From NCBI GenBank assembly GCA_039794085.1, contig JBDIWC010000004.1, positions 1-64,000 on the forward strand: DNA of 64,000 nucleotides, given 5' to 3'. Below, piece by piece: positions 59,940 through 64,000 of this stretch. A program made the translations under genes and the position numbers. The notes beneath the pieces are model-generated. The model was given only the letters and a program-made list of their open reading frames with translations, did no database searches and was not told the DNA's origin. Source of the stretch: Gemmatimonadales bacterium (GTDB lineage Bacteria; Gemmatimonadota; Gemmatimonadetes; Gemmatimonadales; GWC2-71-9). The number at the start of each line of letters is the position of its first letter. Position 1 is the first letter of the stretch.

Positions 59940-61037
59940 TCACTCGGACGGGGGGGGGAACACCAGGTCGCGGGTGATTTCATCGAGCTGGGTGGCCCCG
60001 CAGAGGGCCATCGCCGTGTCGAGTTCGGCGCGCAGCATCTCGAGGACTCGCGAGGCCCCCGGGGCACCGTCGAGAGCCAGCCCCCACACCACGGCACGTC
60101 CGACGAGGACGGCCCGCGCCCCGAGAGCCAGGGCCTTCAGGACATCGGTACCGCGGCGGATCCCGCCGTCCACGTAGACTTCCCCGCGATCGCCCACCGC
60201 GGAAACAACCTCCGGCAAGGCCCGTGGCGCCGGAACGGCCCCGTCGAGCTGCCGGCCACCATGATTGGAGACAATGATGCCGGCGGCGCCCAGGTCCATG
60301 GCCCGGGCTGCGTCATCCCCACGGAGTACTCCCTTGAGGAGGAGGGGCAGGCCGGACAGGTTCCGCAGCCATTCGAGATCCTTCCAGGAGAGTGAGGGCT
60401 CCCGAAGGCCCTGATGGAAGGCGGCCAGTCCCGATTCGCCCGCGTGCCCCTGCCCGACCTCGGGTTCGGGAATCGTGAAGTTGCCCAGCCGGAACTCCGG
60501 AGGAAGGCTGAAGGCGTTCCGCGCGTCCCGTTCCCGCCGCCCCAGGACCGGAACATCGACCGTGAGCACGAGGGCGGTGTATCCCGCAGCCTCGGCGCGC
60601 CGGACCAGGCCTTCGGTCAATCCCCGGTCCCGGTGGACGTAGAGTTGGAACCAGCGGGGGCCGGGCGCTGCGTCCCGCACCGCTTCCAGGGAGCGGGTGG
60701 AAAAGGTGCTCAGAATCATCGGGACTCCCGCCGCGGTGGCGGCCTGTGCCATGCCGAGTTCTCCCTCCGGATGGGCGAGGGCCTGGAATCCGGTGGGGGC
60801 GATGAGCACGGGCATCGTGGCCGGGTCGCCAAGCAGGGTGGTGCTGAGGTCGCGTGTCGTGACGTCCACCAGCATGCGAGGCCGGAGGAAGAGGGTCTCG
60901 AAGGCCTCACGGTTGGCTCGCAGCGTCACCTCGTCTTCCGCCCCTCCCGCGAAGTAATCGACCACCTCGCGGGGAAGCCGCTCCCGCGCGGCGGCCTCGA
61001 CGTCCGCCAGGTTGAGGAGGACCGGTGCTCGGGTCAT
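59940..61037 (-). CDS. FMN-dependent alpha-hydroxy acid oxidase
   Basis: WFQLY, LTVD, SNHGGRQLD, DGGIRRGTD. Confidence 0.94.
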   Translation of the reverse strand: MTRAPVLLNLADVEAAARERLPREVVDYFAGGAEDEVTLRANREAFETLFLRPRMLVDVTTRDLSTTLLGDPATMPVLIAPTGFQALAHPEGELGMAQAATAAGVPMILSTFSTRSLEAVRDAAPGPRWFQLYVHRDRGLTEGLVRRAEAAGYTALVLTVDVPVLGRRERDARNAFSLPPEFRLGNFTIPEPEVGQGHAGESGLAAFHQGLREPSLSWKDLEWLRNLSGLPLLLKGVLRGDDAARAMDLGAAGIIVSNHGGRQLDGAVPAPRALPEVVSAVGDRGEVYVDGGIRRGTDVLKALALGARAVLVGRAVVWGLALDGAPGASRVLEMLRAELDTAMALCGATQLDEITRDLVFPPPSE

Positions 61038-62176
61038 GGCGCCAGGGCTCCCGTCACCCGCGTCATGAACTCGTTCACCGCCCGCGGGTCCATCCACCGG
61101 ACCACGGCCACCACGTCGTTTTCGGGGTCGATCCAGATCACGTTTCCTCCACCTCCCAAGGCAAAGAAGCTGGAGGCACTCGCCCCGGGGTACTGCGCGC
61201 GGCCGGTGTTGAGCCACCAGAGGTAGCCATACGTCGGTCGAAGCGGAACCGGGGTGGTCATCGCCTCGATCCAGCCGGGTGACAGAATCTGTCGCGAGCC
61301 CCAGTGTCCCCGACGGAGCATGAGAAGCCCGACCCGCGCCAGGTCGCGGGTGCTGATCCAGAGTCCGCCGCCCCAGTGTCCCCCTCCGCTCACCGACTGC
61401 ACACGTGTCCCGCCCAGGGTGACCCAGCTGCTGTCATAACCGTGCCAGACCCACTCTTCAGAGGCCCCGATCGGATCCATCAGTTCCTCCCGGAGAAACT
61501 GAGGCAGGGGGCGGCCGATTGCCTGGAGGAGAGCGTGGGAGGTGCGGTTGACCCGCACGTCGTTGTACTCCCAGAACGTCCCGGGAGGCTGCAGCTCCCG
61601 GTCCCGCCCGGCCCGCCGGTCGGCCACGTCCGGCTTGCCCCAGAGCGTCCCGTTCCATTCGCTGGTCTGGGTCAGAAAGTGATGCCAGGTGATGCTCCCG
61701 TTGTGTGGCCCGCGCAGGTCGGGATCGTCGATCTGCGCCGACACCGGGGCGTGCAGGTCACGGAGGAGGCCGCGGTCCACGGCGAGACCGGCCACGAGAG
61801 ACAGGAAACTCTTGGTGACGCTGAAGGTCATGTCCACCCGCCGGGTGTCCCCCCATTCGGCGATGATCTGACCGTGGCGCAGTATGAGGCCGTTGGTGCC
61901 CCCCCGGGGGGCGACCGGGCCGATCAGCTCGGGGAAGGGTTCGTTCACATGCATCTGGTCGAGCTGTGCGCCCAGGTCCCGGGACCAGGCGATCTCGCGG
62001 CTCCGGGCGAAGCCGACGGCGGCGGCGAGCCGCTCGGCGTCGAATCCCGCCCGGGCCGGAGTGCGGACTTCCCAGCTCTCGCCCCGCGGGGGGACGTACG
62101 AGGTCTGTGCCGTCAGGGGTTGGGAGCTGACGGCCAGGAGGAGGGAGAGCAACGATCGATGACGCAAGGATGGCAC
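61034..62176 (-). CDS. Secreted serine hydrolase, beta-lactamase family
   Basis: SVTK (SxxK), YND, YGYLWW. Confidence 0.9.
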   Translation of the reverse strand: MPSLRHRSLLSLLLAVSSQPLTAQTSYVPPRGESWEVRTPARAGFDAERLAAAVGFARSREIAWSRDLGAQLDQMHVNEPFPELIGPVAPRGGTNGLILRHGQIIAEWGDTRRVDMTFSVTKSFLSLVAGLAVDRGLLRDLHAPVSAQIDDPDLRGPHNGSITWHHFLTQTSEWNGTLWGKPDVADRRAGRDRELQPPGTFWEYNDVRVNRTSHALLQAIGRPLPQFLREELMDPIGASEEWVWHGYDSSWVTLGGTRVQSVSGGGHWGGGLWISTRDLARVGLLMLRRGHWGSRQILSPGWIEAMTTPVPLRPTYGYLWWLNTGRAQYPGASASSFFALGGGGNVIWIDPENDVVAVVRWMDPRAVNEFMTRVTGALAP

Positions 62177-62322
62177 GGGGTTCTCCGTGAGGGTTGAGGG
62201 ACGCTAATGGGGTGAGGGGCACTCGTCCAGCGTCGCGCTTGCCCGGTGTCGGTCATGGGGACAGACTTCCCCGGGCGGGGATCTCCCGCCGCCCTCGTCA
62301 CCCGCGCCCCAGGACGTCCCGC

Positions 62323-62949
62323 GTGAACCATCGTCCCTTCTTCATCGGTGTCGTCGGGGGATCGGGTTCCGGCAAGACTACCGTGGCCCGATCGATTTGC
62401 GACGGGCTGCCCGTCGAGGCCGCTCTTCTGGACCAGGACGCGTACTACCGCGACCTGGCCCACCTCACCCTGGAGGAGCGGAGGAAGGTCAACTACGATC
62501 ACCCGGACGCCTTCGACACCGACCTCCTGGTGGCGCACCTCGAAGCCCTCGCCCGGGGCGAACCGATCCAGAAGCCCGCCTACGATTACGCCGCGCATAC
62601 CCGGGCCGACTACAGCATTCTGGTGGAGCCGAAGGATGCCGTGCTGGTGGACGGGATCCTGCTCTTTTCCGACGCCCGGCTCCGCGACCTGTTCGACATC
62701 CGGATCTATGTGGACGTCTCCGAGGATATCCGCTTCATCCGGCGGCTGCAGCGCGACATCCAGGAGAGGGGACGCGAGGTGGACGACGTGGTGCGCCAGT
62801 ATCTGGCCACGGTCCGGCCGATGCACCATGAGTTCGTGGAACCCTCGAAGCGTCACGCCCATGTGATCATCCCGGAAGGGGGTCACAACCGGATCGGAGT
62901 GGAGATGGTCCGGGCGAGGGTGCTGATGGAGATTGCAAACAGGCGGTAG
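62323..62949 (+). CDS. udk: Uridine kinase
   Basis: GGSGSGKTT, QDAYY, NYDHPDAFD, RRLQRDIQERGR. Confidence 0.95.
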   Translation: MNHRPFFIGVVGGSGSGKTTVARSICDGLPVEAALLDQDAYYRDLAHLTLEERRKVNYDHPDAFDTDLLVAHLEALARGEPIQKPAYDYAAHTRADYSILVEPKDAVLVDGILLFSDARLRDLFDIRIYVDVSEDIRFIRRLQRDIQERGREVDDVVRQYLATVRPMHHEFVEPSKRHAHVIIPEGGHNRIGVEMVRARVLMEIANRR

Positions 62950-62975
62950 GCGGTAGGCGGTAGGTGGTAGGCGGC
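62941..62975. repeat. AGGCGGT heptamer array overlapping the udk stop
   Basis: About 4.5 copies; reverse complement of the 35870 array. Confidence 0.78.
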
Positions 62976-63011
62976 GGCGTGGCGATCGATCATTCTCCCG
63001 GGAGGCTGGAA

Positions 63012-63992
63012 GTGGACGCCAGGTCAGGGCTCCATGAGCGTGGCATCCCACGGCGCCTGGTTACGCGATTTGCCCCGAGTCCCACGGGGGAGTTGCACCT
63101 GGGTCACGCGGCCCATCTGCTCTGGGTCTGGGGGATCGCCCGGGCGCTGGAGGGAACGATCCTGCTCCGGATGGAGGATCACGATCGGGGGCGCTGCCGC
63201 CGCGAGTACGAACAGTCCATCCTCGACGACCTCCGCTGGCTCGGTCTGACCCCGGATCACCCTGATCTCGACACGGTGGCGTCTCCCGGTCCCTCTCCCT
63301 GGCGGCAGAGCGATTGCCCGGACGTGTATGCCGAGGCACTGGAGACCCTGCGAGGGGTGACCGCGGTGTATGGATGCGACTGTACCCGGTCCACCATGGC
63401 CGAGGAGGGGACCGCGGAGGAGCGTGGCGAAGTGCGCCACCCCGACTCCTGCCGGTGGCGGAATCGCTCCTGGGTTCCGGGTATGGGGATCCGCGTCGCC
63501 CTGCCGGAGGAAACCGTCCCCGCGCACGACCTGCGGCTCGGCCCCCTGTACCAGACACCCTCTCGCCAATGCGGCGACCTGCTCGCGCGGGACGCGCGCG
63601 GACAGTGGACCTATCAATTCTCTGTCGCGGTGGACGACCTCCGTCAGGGAGTCACCCTGGTCATCCGCGGGGAGGATCTCGTCGAGTCCACGGGGCGCCA
63701 GGTCCTGCTGGCCCGCTTGTTGGGTCGGTCTCATCCCCCCGTCTTCCTGCACCACCCTCTCCTCCGGGACGCCACCGGAGCGAAGCTCAGCAAGCGGATC
63801 CGGTCCACGACGCTCTCCTCTCTGCGGGCGGGAGGGGAGTCTCCGGAATCGGTGCTGGGCCGGGCCGCCCAGGCCACCGGGCTGCAGGAGAGTGCTGATC
63901 CGCTGTCCCCGTCCGACGTCGTCCCGCTCTTTCGTGCGTGGCTGGGGGCCGGTCAGCGGCCTCCCGAGGCGGCGGGAGATGGTGGGGCGTAG
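63012..63992 (+). CDS. gluQ: Glutamyl-Q tRNA(Asp) synthetase (catalytic-domain-only GluRS paralog)
   Basis: RFAPSPTG.LHLGH, LRMED, IRGEDL, KLSKR; no anticodon-binding domain. Confidence 0.85.
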   Translation: MDARSGLHERGIPRRLVTRFAPSPTGELHLGHAAHLLWVWGIARALEGTILLRMEDHDRGRCRREYEQSILDDLRWLGLTPDHPDLDTVASPGPSPWRQSDCPDVYAEALETLRGVTAVYGCDCTRSTMAEEGTAEERGEVRHPDSCRWRNRSWVPGMGIRVALPEETVPAHDLRLGPLYQTPSRQCGDLLARDARGQWTYQFSVAVDDLRQGVTLVIRGEDLVESTGRQVLLARLLGRSHPPVFLHHPLLRDATGAKLSKRIRSTTLSSLRAGGESPESVLGRAAQATGLQESADPLSPSDVVPLFRAWLGAGQRPPEAAGDGGA

Positions 63993-64000
63993 AGGTCCCG

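Overview
GC-rich bacterial chromosomal window. Gene content and protein style suggest Gemmatimonadota (inference). It is mostly housekeeping and secreted-hydrolase genes (rsgA, lon, pfkA, udk, gluQ, queD, fused E1 dehydrogenase, amidohydrolases and peptidases). The main find is a complete, apparently sigma54/IHF-driven lasso peptide cluster at 22.9-29.8 kb. It has a 40-aa precursor hidden inside a longer ORF call, with predicted core QGLGSNLDAIGGEFPVQS and a C-terminal Ser, plus an HPr-type kinase, B1, B2, cyclase, ABC exporter and nucleotidyltransferase, which points to a phosphorylated and possibly further decorated lasso peptide. Other highlights: a UGA-readthrough Rdx selenoprotein with a SECIS hairpin; a XoxF/MxaF-like PQQ protein lacking its catalytic residues; a non-canonical chaperone-usher pilus operon; a DEAH helicase with permuted motif order; five sigma54-type promoters; and many intergenic heptamer tandem arrays, often inverted and paired with a REP-like GTCATCCCG/CGGGATGAC element. 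No tRNA, rRNA or CRISPR array was seen. All family assignments come from motif recognition by eye, not database searches.
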